The notes under the pieces: generated by a model
Told to the model about the DNA's origin: nothing
The model's database searches: none
The model's input: only the letters and a program-made list of their open reading frames with translations
Position numbers and translations under genes: made by a program
Source of the DNA: Gonapodya sp. JEL0774
Lineage: Eukaryota
Length of the DNA: 64,000 nt
Assembly (NCBI GenBank): GCA_027604505.1
Contig: JADIIX010000066.1
Coordinates: forward strand, 1-64,000
Direction of reading: 5' to 3'
Shown: positions 35,137 to 48,900 of the stretch, piece after piece
How positions within the stretch are numbered: position 1 is the first letter of the stretch
Layout: every line of letters begins with the position of its first letter

Positions 35137-36457
35137 ATGGACAAGCCGACGTTTTCCAATGACGCATGGAGCGCGGAGACGTACGAGGCGAATGCAAACT
35201 TTGTTCCTAAAATGACCTCCGAAATCGTCTCCTGGTTCGAAAAAGATGCAAAAGACCTCGAATCTGTCTTGGATCTGGTGTGTAAATTCGTAAATTGTGC
35301 TCAATCGACCGTGATGGCAAACATTTGAACCTTCTTCATCTCGCTCTGTGCTTCCAGGGATGCGGCGATGCAGTTTTAACCTTGGACATGTACCGGCGGC
35401 GGCAAGCATCAAGGAAACCCTTCAAGCTACTCGTCGGCACAGATGCTAGCCCCAACATGATTGAATCCTCCCGAGTCAAGGTCGCCGCCGATCCCGCCCT
35501 GCAAGCCGCGAGTATGGATGGTAAACTCCACTTCGCAGTGGTCGACGGGCAGGAAATTCGAGGACCCGTACTCGATTCTTTATTGAGTTTGACAGAGGCT
35601 GGCAAAGGTTATGATGTGGTATTTTCAAACGCTGCCATGTGAGTGTCTCGTGGGTCAACCAGTCTCAAGGACTCGCTGATGCCCTCCATCAGTTATTGAT
35701 CCATCATGTCTCGTTTTAAACTCCACTTGTCACAAGGCACTGGATGAAGCGAGACCCCGTTGCGGTCATCCGAGGTATAAAGGTGAATACAGTTGGGCCT
35801 TCATTTAAATCATTTCTTTGTCCTCTCCTAAACACCAAACCACCTCCCTCCTGCGGCGGTCGCCTCCATTCATCTCGTCCCATCCCACATCCTCTCAGTC
35901 CCTTCTTCGTCCCGGTGGCCGCCTCGTCTCCGAATTCGGCGGCCATCTCAACGTCGCCTCTGTCCACGCTTCCCTCCTCTCGGCCCTACGCCGCCGCGGC
36001 TTTACCGACCCGCGTGCCACAATCTCCCCTTGGTTTTTCCCCTCGGCACAGCAATACGAACGCATGTTGGAGGATGAGGGGTTCAGGGTGGAGAGGTGTG
36101 AGCTGGTGCCGAGGTTGACCCCACTGCCCACGGACTTGGGAGGATGGCTGGACACGTTTGGTGGGTATATGATGAGCAGACATGATTCTTCGTCAGCAAT
36201 CCTTCTTGAAGCAGCTGCGGGAAATCTCTTCTCATTTGGAACGTTTTTCCCGCCACCTCCCACTGTCTTCCGATTCAACATATTTTGCCACAGGACACGA
36301 CTTTTTCGCACCAGTGCACGCCAAATTCGGCCCGGACGAAAAAGCCAAAATGAAGCAAGAGGTCATCAGCGAGCTTCAAGACGTGCTCTGCGACCCCGTA
36401 AACGGAAGTTGGAGCACAGTTTACGTGAGGCTGCGGGTGTTGGCTTGGAAGGATTGA
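35137..36457 (+). CDS. Class I SAM-dependent methyltransferase (trans-aconitate methyltransferase-like)
   Basis: WSAETYEANANFVPKM, VLDL|GCGDAVLT (motif I), GTDASPNMI, YDVVFSNAAM|HWMK, LLRPGGRLVSEFGGHLN, PWFFPS, YVRLRVLAWK. Confidence 0.9.
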
Positions 36458-36681
36458 AGACCCGCATGGCACCCATTATTCATTGCTTATTACAAACAGT
36501 AGTCGCGTACTACGTTGATCACTGATTACACAATACATGATCCGCGGGAATGGCGAATTCATTTGCTTTGAGTGGTCCCATCGTCTGGCTATCCTTCAAT
36601 CCCTATACTGAATATGGTACACTCCATCAGGGTAACAACAGGCAGTTCTCCACAGTGTCTCAGGCCCCCTTTCCATCACCA

Positions 36682-39600
36682 TCACGAAAACAACGCCCCA
36701 AGCACCGCCGCCAAATCCCCGCCGTGTTGCGCCAGCATTGCCACGGCATCCACTCTTGAGCATTGCATAATGTCCACAAGCTGCGATATGGAGTCGTCAT
36801 CGATCCCGAGGCGTCGGGCGTCTAGATCGGAGGGGGAGAGCCAAAAAAAAAGAGTAGGGTAAAGAAACGGTAAAACGGCGTCAAAATGCGATGCGAGGTC
36901 AATAATTGCAGATTTCCTTCTCAGGTAAAACATCTGTCGATCGTCACCTTCATCTGCCATCTCCTCCATCAACTCCTCTTCCAGAGCACCCTTCCTTTCC
37001 TTCTTCTCCCTCTTTCTTGCATCATGCGTTCCTCCTCCGGAGACCCCACCAATACCCCCACCGTTCCTCTTCCGCCACTCCGTCTCCGCCTCGCCTACAA
37101 GCTTCTCCCACCCTTCTTGCGCGGCTAAAAATCTGGCCGCGATTTTCCCTACCCTCGTGAGACCTGGTACGCCCATCGCAACTGCAGCCAACTGTGGAGA
37201 GTCCGGGTCATCGCCTTGGAACCGAACGTAGGCACGGTGGGCAGCCAACAAGCCGCTCACGATGCGGGGCAGGGCGTCGTCGGAAGCGACGGGGTCTTCT
37301 CGCGGGAGAGTGGTGGATTGCGCGGGAGGTTTGAGAATGGGGAAGACGATAGTGGAAACGATGAAGGAAAGTATGCCGAGGAGGAGGTCCAACTGGCGTC
37401 TAAGGGTGGCGAGGTCCGTGGAAGCAATGGGATTAGAGGGATCCGGAGGGTTGTAGTTGTAGACAAGGAGAGCGCCACATTCTTTGTGGGCTGGAAGAAG
37501 CGTGGTATCGGCTAAAGTGGCGGAAGCTGGGGGTATTGAGGATACGGCGTGCCTCGGCTGTTTGCTTTGAATCCTTCGAGCTCTCGAAATCCTTCATTCA
37601 CTCACCCATGGATTCCCTCCAGACCTTAAATGCTCGTTCTGTCCACATTTCTGGATGTACACCTCCACTATCCACCTCCATGCTGTCTCCCACAACATTA
37701 TCATTTGCATTCGGATCACATGCGGCGATTCTCCCCCTAATAAGACATTCCAATGTCTCGCACCTCCCTATTGCAAATTTCACTGCAATTGGTAAGTTTG
37801 CATGAGAGGGAAGCTGCTTTGCAAGGCTTCCGGTCAGGCTTTCCATCACCCGGAGGCCTGCACCGCCGTCGTACCGCGCTCGCCAGTGCTCTCTCATTGG
37901 AACCATCAAGCGCGAAAGTGTAACATCGTGTTCCATATCCAGCGTATTACTTTCGTCGTCTCGTTTGATAAGTCCCCGCCATCTGGCGTATCGCACCACC
38001 ATCTCATCCATGACAGCCCACCCGAGTCCCAATCCGCCCACCACTGACCGAGTCGCCACTTGCAGTCGCGAGTACGGAGATCCAGTTCGAGGGTCGATGC
38101 ATGTTCGCGTGAGTGGATCCCGGTTCAGAGGGAAGGGGGTAAGCGACTGGTGCATTAAGGAATTGAGAAGTTCCACACCACGAATGTGACGCGCCGCGCG
38201 ATGGAGTGCAGATGTAGCGTCCTGTGTAGAGACACTTGTACCTTGTGCAAGTACCGCTGCATCTCCTTCCAGTCCGCCAGTGGCCGAGACTTCGTTCACA
38301 CCGGAGGATTCGAGAGCAACGTCCGCAAGAGCATCTGCGGGTGACGGAGGGGCTTCGCAGGGATCAGGGAGGAGGAGACGTTCACAAGCAGGCTGGAGTG
38401 GAGAGGAGAGCCCGCGAACGAAGGAATGGTGGTTGTGAGAGAGTGAGAGATACCTGAAAACACCAGAAGAGCGGTGCGGTGAGACTCCGAGTGATCTTCT
38501 CCCTTTCCAAAAAACCCAAAGAATCAAATGCCCGTCCCGGTCAAATGTCTCTTCAGTAGACTTCCCCGCGCCATACTCAACTCACCTTAACAACACTCCC
38601 AATCTTCCACCTGTCTCTCCACCCGCGACACCGAACCAGCGAGTGACAGCAGTAGCCAAGTCACGCGCTAGGTGTTCTCTACGCTCAGGTCCTAGCGGTG
38701 GATTTGCGCGTGGGTCTGCATTAGGGGTCTTCATCGACTTTGAAGGTTCCACAGGCTGATTCGAATTGTATGTGTAGGGTTCTGGGGGTAAGGGAGCAAG
38801 TAATGAGTCGGACAGGGCCCGTTTAAAATCTCGGTACGCATCCGGGTAGGAGTCGATGGCGATAGGGGCAAGGTGGGTGCGCGCAAAGGAGAGAGAAGCA
38901 AGGAAAGGGGGTGGGAGAGCCATGGATGTGGAGTTGGTGGGGTGGGATTGGACCTGCGATGAGTCTGTAGGGGATGCTTCCACTTTGAATACACCAGTTC
39001 CTGTCACATCGGTCCCATCAGAGCTCACATCTGCAGTGGCAGAAGGTGTTATTTGAGTCGGATACAATCCTGCAACAGTCTGCGTTGCGGCTGAAGCCAA
39101 CATGGCTTCCTCCACTTCAAACTGCTCAAAGCCGGATCTTATCTCGAAAAAGAGCAAGCGGTTGAGACGAAAATTAAGACGCGGTATGTGATTCAAAAGG
39201 GGAAGGATAGGTGACGAGGAGTGTACGTCGGGAGATGGGTTTGTGAAGGCCGGGTGCGAGTTCAATAAGGCTAAGGCGTCAGAAACTCGGCCGTTACGAA
39301 TTAATTGCGAAAGTTCCTATATTTCCCGGGTTGAGGGTGGAATCGATTTGGGACATGACATGTTGCCCGTATGTAATGGTTGAATCCAGAACAGTTTCCA
39401 TTGACCGCGGACGACGAGAGTGGCAGGCATCCAGAAATATGATTAATTCTTTCATGAAACTCCGATCGAATCAACTGGAAAAACGCGGTGAAGTGACGAA
39501 CCTCCTTCAGTTCTATTCGTTCCCTCCAAGCTTCCATCCGCAAAGTGCCCCACGTTCCCTCTGCAAATCCTCGAGCATCAGCTGCAGCGTCTGCGTCCTC

Positions 39601-39780
39601 CACCACGGACAACAGGTATCCAGCATCGCCTTCGACTGCAACTGTCTCTTCCGTTGTGCAAAGCGACCGCCCGTACAGAAATTCCAGCGACCAGACATCC
39701 AACAAAGCGTAATCTACAAGCACATCTTCTGCGTCTCCTGATTCCCGTTTTCTTTCTCCGGTTGTACCACCTTCACTCAT
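36682..39780 (-). CDS. CTLH/CRA-domain protein with a C-terminal UBA-like domain
   Basis: RIELKE..IRNGRVSDALALLN, LNFRLNRLLFFE, LSFARTHLAP..AY..FKRAL..LL, ERREHLA; C-terminus ISQLVDIMQCSRVDAVAMLAQHGGDLAAVLGALF. ORFs are linked by gt-ag introns. Confidence 0.65.
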
Positions 39781-39930
39781 TTTGGGAAGGCGATCGAAGG
39801 TACAATGTCAACACACCCTTTACATGGGATTGCCTCCAGATCTCCGTTTGCGCATAGAAAGAGATGCAATTCCTTCTTACAAAAGTAAATGTGCATATAC
39901 AATTGAAATTTTCGAAAACAAATAGAACAA

Positions 39931-42900
39931 CTACTCTGCCGCCAGCAACAATCCGACACCTGCCAGCACCCATTTCTGAGGTCTCTCTTTCGTCTTCAAA
40001 TTAAATGTCCACACATACGTGGGACCTCTCTGTCTCGTTCTGTAAACCGGACACTCATAAACGCCCTTTGTCTCCTTCTTCTCGATCGTGATCGCCTTGA
40101 CGAGCACAACGGGCATCGCAGGCGTAAGATCTTTGAGTAACGACTCTTGGATCATGCCCGTGTTTACGTCCCACCGCGCTCCCTCCATGAACATCCCGTG
40201 TATGGCGGCACCTTCTCTCGGCGCAGTCGTGCACTCCTCTCGAGACTTTTTTGTAACCTCCACCGTGAGCACCATCCGGTCAAGTGGCCACTCCATTTTA
40301 CGTGCAGTGGTTTGCATGATCGCCGTCAAAAACGATTGGGGGTTAAACAGACCACCCAGCCACACACATGCCGGTAGTTGGAACTCGGAGACCCATCCTT
40401 CGAGCTCTTTGATCCGAAGGAGGAGATCCGCGTACCACGCTCCGAGACCTTAAAAAACGACCATGTTAATTCTTGATCCTGATCATCTCCACACCATAAG
40501 CAGAGTAACTCACCTTGCAAAGACGGGTAAGCAAATCTCTCCCATGTACTCGGCACTTTGTTCAGGAACAGTGCATTCATCAAATTCTCCATGGGCTCCG
40601 AGATAGTGAGGTCTCCTTTCAAACCCAAGTCCAACTCCTTCAGAGACCTCCGTATCTCCGTCGTCAAAAAGCTCATCCGATCACACTCTTGCAGAGCCAC
40701 AGAGATGTAGGGTGTTCGTTCCTCCACCTTGGACATGAGCTCCGGAACGTTGAAGGACTCTGGGAGTGAGCCCAACATATCGTCCAGGGTTTGCTTGACT
40801 TTCTCCTCCTTCGACTGCCCCTGTCCGCCAGACACTTCACGAGGCCGCATTTCTAACATAGTAGTAAACAGATTTTCGGCCGTTTTTGCCAGAACTGCGA
40901 TCTCAGCGTTGGGATGCATGCCGTACAGGTAGGGAGTCTCAGGCGGTAAACTCTCGTCGAGGTATTTGTGATACTCCTTGAGATCCTGTACCGGCGGTAA
41001 AAGAAACCCATTGGCGAGTTCAAAGTTACCCTCCATCATTTCCTCGCGGACATAGGTTTCGAGATATGACGTGCAAAGCCGACGGTCCCAATCGTCTGAA
41101 ATGTGACCGCCATACATGATCTCACCTGACAGTTAGGAGAGTGGTGAATATCTTCATTCTCAGCTTGCGAAATCACAAAATACCTACCAATAATGTATCG
41201 AAGGTCCGCCCATGGCACCTTGGCAAACTGCTCCAGGTAGTTGAACAGTACTTCGGTACTAATCAATAGGTCTCCAGTACTGAACGGATAACTCCTGTTC
41301 CATCCCAGCATGCCAAACTTCCTTCTTTCCAGCACAACAGCATGGAAATAACATAAAGAGAACAAAATGGTTCGGTACTCGGCGTCCTTAGAGCACCGCT
41401 CCAGATATTCCTGAGTAAAGTTATCTAGAGCGCGATGGATGTTGGCGTTCATACCCGTAGGAGGCTCGTTTGTGATCTTAATGGACGCCTGTAAGATGGA
41501 AGTGGGTATGACGTGAGCAGCAGGATCGCCCGCAGGCTCGGCGGAAAGAAAGACTCGGAAAGTCTCATGTGGGGATTCTCGAAGCTGCTCGAGTTTCTTG
41601 TCGAGAATGGGCAACCACTTTACGACTAAGTGGATGTTTTGCAACATGACCTGACAGGAAGCAATTTACGTGAGGTACGATTCTGATATCATACGTTCCT
41701 CCCGTAAAATGCACGTACCCATCCCCCTTCTTTAGCTGCTTTTTCGAGCTTCTGCTCGGCAATGACTTCCTGGCCCTGCCCTAAGGAGACGTTGTGGAAC
41801 GTGCCTTGATCTTCAGACGCCCCCATCGTTTTTCCCAAAGCCTCAACTTCCTTAACCGGATCGACACCAGGAGATAGAATGAAGAATATTGGTGTTGCGG
41901 GATTTGTCTCCTTATAGATCTCGGCGATTGGCATGCGGTGAGACTCCACATACTTCTGACCCATTTTTTGCTGGACAAATGCACGCATAGCGTATGTCAT
42001 GCGATCTGGACGGATGGCCCGCAGAATGCAAAGTTTCTGTAGTGGGTTCTTGTTCTTCCACTCCTGGGGCAGCTTTTCGTTCTCGGGTACTTCCAATTCG
42101 CAGTACTTCCTCCACTGCTTTGAGGACCCTTCAATATCGTTGGGAAGGTTACGGAACACTTCAAGATTTGAAAGAGCTTTGATTGTACCCCAGGCCATGT
42201 TCGAAAGCCACTCGGGACATGGGCTAGTCAAGTTGGGGATCTGGGGGGCCCGCAGGAGGAAATCCATCTCCTGGAGGTCAATGTCATTTGACGCCACCAA
42301 AATCTGAAAGGTCATCTGTGCCATAAAAATGAGCTTGTCCCGTTCAAAGAGGCCTCGGGTTGTGTATTGATACACCATGTAGGTAATGGAGTCAATGAGG
42401 GCGATGACACGTTCCTTGATATCCTCGGACTGGTCGGCACGATGAATAGCATTGAGGAAGACGACCTTGTATGCACCAAGAGAGAACTGATACATTGGGT
42501 GGATCTTCCAAAGGTCATTGAGTAGGAAGTAGAGCAAAGAGGCACGAGCCGCGACGGGTCGGTACTGCTCGCGAATTTCATTGATCTTCACCTCGGTGGT
42601 CTTGGCTTGTGTGACCTTGACCTCAATCTCTGAAGCGGTGCGCTTTGTTGTTTCTGAAGCCGAGTAAAAAACATAAGATCGAATTCAGGTGATTGATAAC
42701 ACAATAACTCACCAAGATTTTCGACGAGAGCCGTATCACCCAGGAAATTGCCTTGAGCGGAAGAAAGACGGAAAAGCAATGCATCCTCAAGCTCTGTTAG
42801 CTTGATTTTAAATTCATTCTGTTGCTTTGTAAGTTCTGCTTTTGTTGCCTCCAGATCTGGTCTCTCAATGTTGACCACGTCGGCCAAGAGTTGGTCCTCC

Positions 42901-45900
42901 AAACCGGCCAATGTGACTGTAAAGTTAACCAATGTAGTTTGTGCTTGAATTTCAGGAGGATAATGTGGATTGGGTAGTCGTGTTTGGAGAATGAGTTTGA
43001 AGTTGGGGTCATATTCCACCTCTTTGTCACCAAGCTTGATAGCACGACCCTTTTTTATCAGATTGCGCCCAATCAAAGGGTCAAGCACAGGATCAATCCA
43101 TGTTCCTATGTCCTCTAGAAGGACAGGTTCACCAGCGGATACGGCCTTTTCGATTGCATCAAGGTATCCCTTCGCGCCTAGACGAATAATCTTCAGTGTG
43201 GTGCCCTCTCTAATCTTAATCCACCTGACACCTTGAAGCTGGGGATCAATGATTAGAGGCCAGCGCTTGCAGTTGGTAACCATGCAAGCGTTTTCGAGCG
43301 ACACGCGATCTAAAACAAGAATCTGGTGAGTCATGAACGCTCGGATCGAAGATTTTCCTTCCTAAGTGTGTTACACACCACTGGGCAAGCCTTCATTATT
43401 CCATTTGGCGATCTCAGCTGAGCTGGTTAAAATCTCAAGGGGATCTACAACTGGAGACAGAGGAATTTGTGGTACACCTTTATCGGATGAGCGCAACCAG
43501 GGGAACCATTTGTCGTCCAGTAACTCTTGTCGGTACTTTTTGTTGAACGATCCGACATACGATACGAATGAGGCAGCAACCAAGACATCACCAGGAAGGG
43601 TCTTCTCCTGCTCTTTAAACTTGCCCACAGCTTCACTCCATCGAATCTTCTCAGATCCTAAACCACCAACAAGTCGATTAGCCAGCAAAATGGTATCTTG
43701 GGTTGATTTAGCCTCCTGCTCGCACCGCAGCTTATCGTTTGTGGCTTTCTCAAACTTAGCCTTGAGATCCGCCAAGTTCGCATCGAGTTCAGCGATCTTA
43801 TCCTGGACTTCCTTCAGCTTAGCCTGAGCAGCGTTTAACTCAGCATTTGCTTGTGCTAGTGCTTGCCGCTTCGGCTCCACGTCTTTGTAGACTCGATAGA
43901 AACTGACGATGTTCACTGCCCAAGCACAGAGACCAGCCGCTGCGACAGACTTTGTCTTAATATAATCTGGTGTGAAGTTAGGGTCCGCAAGATAAGGATC
44001 GATGGCGTCCAGATTTGTTTGATCAATCTCTTCTTTTTTGAATGTTTGAAGTGATTCGAGAAAGGCGTCCACCTTAGCCATCATATTTTTCGCAGCCTTC
44101 CAGCTACGGTCTTTAGGAATTTTGCCGGGAGGTGCCAGCAACACCATGACAGCCCCGGCCACACCGATGATTTCGTTACTGGGAGAACCAAAGGACTTGA
44201 GTTCGGTTAGGTTGTTCTTATTGAGAGTATCCAAGGCCGCGGCTGCTGCTGCAAGGGCAGGTTCAGCTGCGTGGAGATCCTTTTCGCACTGCGCTGCCTT
44301 TTGGGAAACCTCCACATTAATTACTTCAACCTTCTTAGCTTCCGCGTCGGCTACTGTTTTCTCCTTGTTGACGTGCTCTGTATCCACGGCGACTCGTTCA
44401 ATGAGTTTTTCTGCTTCTTCGTTCTTGGCTTTCAGCTCTACTTCTTGCGTTGCCAGTTTGGCTTTGAGATCATCCACTTGAGCAGCCGTACTATTGAGTT
44501 TACTGAGACCGTTCTCCAGACGATCCATGCTTTTCATCAGTTCCGCATGTTTTTTCTCGAGCATTTCTTTGTAAATACTCAAAAGTCCAAGGAAGCTCTT
44601 GGGCGTTGTGTAATTGTAGCGCTTTTCGTTTAAGAGAAAACTCCTGCTGGTGTCGTTGACAGAAATGTGGGCGTACGCCATGAAAGCAGTTATTGACTCT
44701 TTTAAGTCTTTGGGCACAAGCTCTACTTGTTCGATGAACCTGTTTGCCACGGACTTGAGGGCTTCTTCCTATTTTGACCCGATGAAGACGATCAGCGGCT
44801 TGGTATAATGACGGGACATTAAGTTTTCATTCACTTACGGGCCACTCCTGGAACCAATCAATCATAGTGCTGTTAACGATCGCGGGGAACTTTCTGCAAC
44901 GAGAACGAAGTGTGCTTCCGACGGGGGAGAAACAAAGAACAACCTTGAGGTTTTTTCGAACGGTGCGAATGAATAGATCCCAGCAGTTCTCCCGAGTATC
45001 AACGATTCCAGCAGCTTTCGCTTCGCCTCTCATGGAGTTAATGATTCCCTCGACCTCGTCGTCCGGGAAAAGCCCAGGGATGTTGCCCGATGCGAGCATG
45101 TCGTTGATCAAGACGAGGAACTTTTCATCGGCAATTTGCGAATCCGTGAGCACGAACGCGATGCGTAGCTTCTTTTGTCCCGATTTAATGTACAGACCAC
45201 TCAAGTCCGTTTTTAGATCAGCAATGCTGTACCCCTTACGCAATGTTATCTGGAAAACATCCATGCCGGACATGAAGGCCGCAAGACGAGATAAAGACTG
45301 TTTACCACTGCCACCGACGCCGACTAGCAACGCGTTACCTCGGGGATTCTCGAGAATTCTACTTATTCGACAAATGTGGCTGATGGCATCTTCGAACAAC
45401 ACGAGGTTCATCGCAGCATTTGTCTCCTGATACTGGTCTTGGGCGTCCTCCAAAGTTTTACGAAGAGAAGCCCAGTCCTTTGCCACCGTGTACTTGGGTT
45501 CGCCCATGCCACCAACGTAGTGATTGAAGATGAGGGGTTGTTGGTAGAGCGCTGCTTGATCGACTTCCTCGAGAGATTTTTTGGTGATTTCTTGCTGGAA
45601 GCTAACGAGCTGTTTCTGGTCCACAGCGTCGATGAGTTTATCACCATAAACCCTTGTTGTCTCATGCAGCCAGAGGCGAACTACATCGATTGGCTCCTTT
45701 ATGATTTCCTTGAGCGCGAAGAGCACACCTTGGAATATATTGGAAAGATCCCGAAGATTAAACACGTAATGGAACTTTACTGCAGTGGGCAAGAAAACTT
45801 GAGCAACTTTTTTGTGCAGTCCAAGAGACGCCGAAACCAGTTTCTCCGCAATTTTCTGCACAGCAGTTGGGAACGGTTTGAAGTGACTTTGAACTATCAA

Positions 45901-48900
45901 CGAATAAATAGTTTGGAGACTTTCTTGGGCGGGGAAGTTCACGGCAAAAGTGGCGAAGTGCCGTTGAAGGCGGGGAGTGATGGTGAAGCTTCCTGCGGTC
46001 GGGTTCATGCAAGCGACGTACTGACAGTTGTGAATTTCCTTGAGAGTAAGTTTGGCGCGATCGTACCAATGCTTGTAGTCAAAGTGCTGTCTCAACAAAG
46101 TGTGTGCCTGAGCTGTCCCGTACTTGTCAACTTCCGGCATGTTGAGGTCGTCTACAAAGTAAATGATCTTCCTGGACCCAGGCGGACCGTAATTGCGACC
46201 TGCTTTCTTTTCTAAGGGCTTCTCTAGCACAGCTTGAAGACTTGCCGATGTTGTGTAGAAGTTGAAGGGAATGTTGATGATCATTCTGTCTTCACTGTAC
46301 GCTTTCAACTTGTTTTGAATCAGCACAGTCTTCCCACAACCCGCGTTTCCAACCAGAAGGACTGCTTTTCCATTATCAGCTAGAAGATCCAGGAAGTACT
46401 TGATCCGAATAGTCTCTCCTGTGTGGATCATGACACTTTGAAGGGGCTCCTCCGGGTCATGCTCGTACTGTGGGACTTTGTCTGTCCACGGCAAAAATCG
46501 TTTGGTCTCCGGATCAACAAAGTAATCGAACACGGTGCCATTGGGAGGGAATTTTATGCTTTTCATTTCAGCATTCCACCATTTCCCGAACTCAATGCGG
46601 TAATCCACTTGTTGATCCTGCAGCATGCAGCCACCGAATGCCCATACAGCCGCAAATGCAAAGTAAATTTCATACCACTCTTTGTCACAGCCCTTTGGAG
46701 TGTTCTGTGGCGTCAGCAAACCCTCCAGGATGTTGCAGAGGGCCACGACTAAACTAAAGTCCTCCACCTTGACGGTCTTGAATCGACCGCTGTGGAGGGC
46801 TTCCAAACAAGGATTGACGTATTTGTCGAAAAGAACCGAGAGTTGAGACTTTTCAGAGACATCTTCCCTCTTGTCGAGCCAGCTTTGGACGTAGGGGTTC
46901 CATCCCAAATCGGATGAGTTCACGTACAATATACCTGCACGTGAGACAGTTGCCGGAGTTGCGTACTTCAAGTCGCCGATCTCGAAAATCAGACGCATGT
47001 GGGGTTTCAAAGGGATACGCTCGTTACTGGCGAGCGTAAGCACCTTGTTGTCGTCCATCACAGTGTTCAGGGACTCGATCCAGCTTACAGCCAAACACAG
47101 CACGAGGTCCGTTAGTACTTCTTTTTATCAACATCAAATACGAATCTTACTTTGGATCAATATCACCGTCCAAAATGAGCCATTTTGGGTCAGTTCCTGG
47201 AGCAGATGCCAGGTCTCGTAGAATGCAAGAGAACAATCCATCCTTCCATTCCCGTGTGCTAGGGTTGATACATCCAAAAAGCTCATCCGTGCTTACTGCT
47301 TTTGGATCGAGATCGTTAAAAACGCATTTTTTCCCTGGTACATAAAGCATAAACATCAAAGATCACTTTTTCAATCGAACTGGCGTTCTTGTTTACATAC
47401 CGAGGGCATTATAAGTCTTCGCTAACATTTTCCAAATTTGGCTCTTGCCGCTGAAAAATGACATGGACTTTGTTAAAGAAGAGATTTTCTTCTCTTCGAG
47501 CAAATTTTTCGCACCTTCCCGCGTTTCCGATGATAAAGACACAATGCCGAACCGCGAGTAGTTCTTCCAATTGAACGCACTTCAGAACAAATATTTCTTC
47601 AGCTTGTAATCCACTTTCAATTGTCGTTTTGCGAATTGTTTCCTCCAAGTTCTCATCCCTTTTTCGCGCAATATCGCATTTCGGGAACAAGTCATTAATG
47701 AGACCTAAGAAGACCTGAAGATCGTCTGCGGCGATTTTGGGTAGGTTAAAGTCACGCAACGCTCTCATCAAAACGTGCTCTTCAGGGACACCGGGGTCAG
47801 ACCGTTTCAGGGAGCCAGCCACGACAAGCACAGACTTGATTGCGCGGAGACCCCAATCATAGTGGTCTTGCTTGGACAAAAGCTCCCGATTTAGTTTGTA
47901 CAGTGTTGTAAACTTGCGGGCGAGCAAACTGGCATCCACGAAACCTTCAGACATTAGCATGATCTCGCAAATCAGTTGGAGATCGGGCACCACCATTGCA
48001 CATGGGCGGAACAGCGCTTTAATATTTTCAGGTAGTTCGGTTCTCCCTGCGTAGCCTGGATTCATTGTGATAAAAATGCCGACTGTTGAAGTGAGACGGA
48101 TCTCTTCGCCCTGGAAGACGAACCGCTTCTTTTTCGCTCGAAGGGCGTCTTGGATAGATTTAACTTGAGTCCCAACGACGGAGAGAACCTCAATAGAGAT
48201 ACGATTGAACTCGTCGAAGCAACCCCAAGCACCCTCTTGGGATAGGCCCTTGTAAATGTTGCCGATAGATTTATAATCCATTTGTTCGCTGCAGTTGAAC
48301 ACATATACCATAATTCCAAGCGCACGACCTAGATCCTTTGTGGTTTCGGTTTTCCCGGTACCGGCAGGACCGGCAGGTGCTCCTCCCATGACCAGGTGCA
48401 AAGATTGAGTAAGGGTAATGTAGCATCGATCAGTCAGTGGCGTAACCACAAGTCGAGGGGTACAGCCCAAATACTCGTAGTTATAGCGGAAGCGCGCGTC
48501 ACAAATATTTGCAATGCAGTCTTCCTTCTCTTCGTCCCATCGGAGCCTAAGCTGCGCTTGCCAACTGAAACACATGTTGTTCTCTGCCTTCTCCGCAATA
48601 AGTTTCGCAACGATGTCACGAGCGTGGACATCCAGAGTGCAAATAGTCATGATCATAATTCGCTGGAGTTTTTGCAAAGGACCTTGAATAAGTTGGATCA
48701 GCCCAACAAGTTGGTTGACCTGTTTCTTGTAATAGTCTTTGAGTGCATTCTCATACCCTTCCTCCAACCGAGCAAAGGCGGCGTTGACTTCAGTGGTCCA
48801 CCAGACTTGTGTGCCTGTGAGCGCAACTTGTGCAGCGTGATCCAACACCCATTGCTCTCGTGGTTTTTCTTCGTAGGCGAGGACAGCTTCTCCAAGGAGT

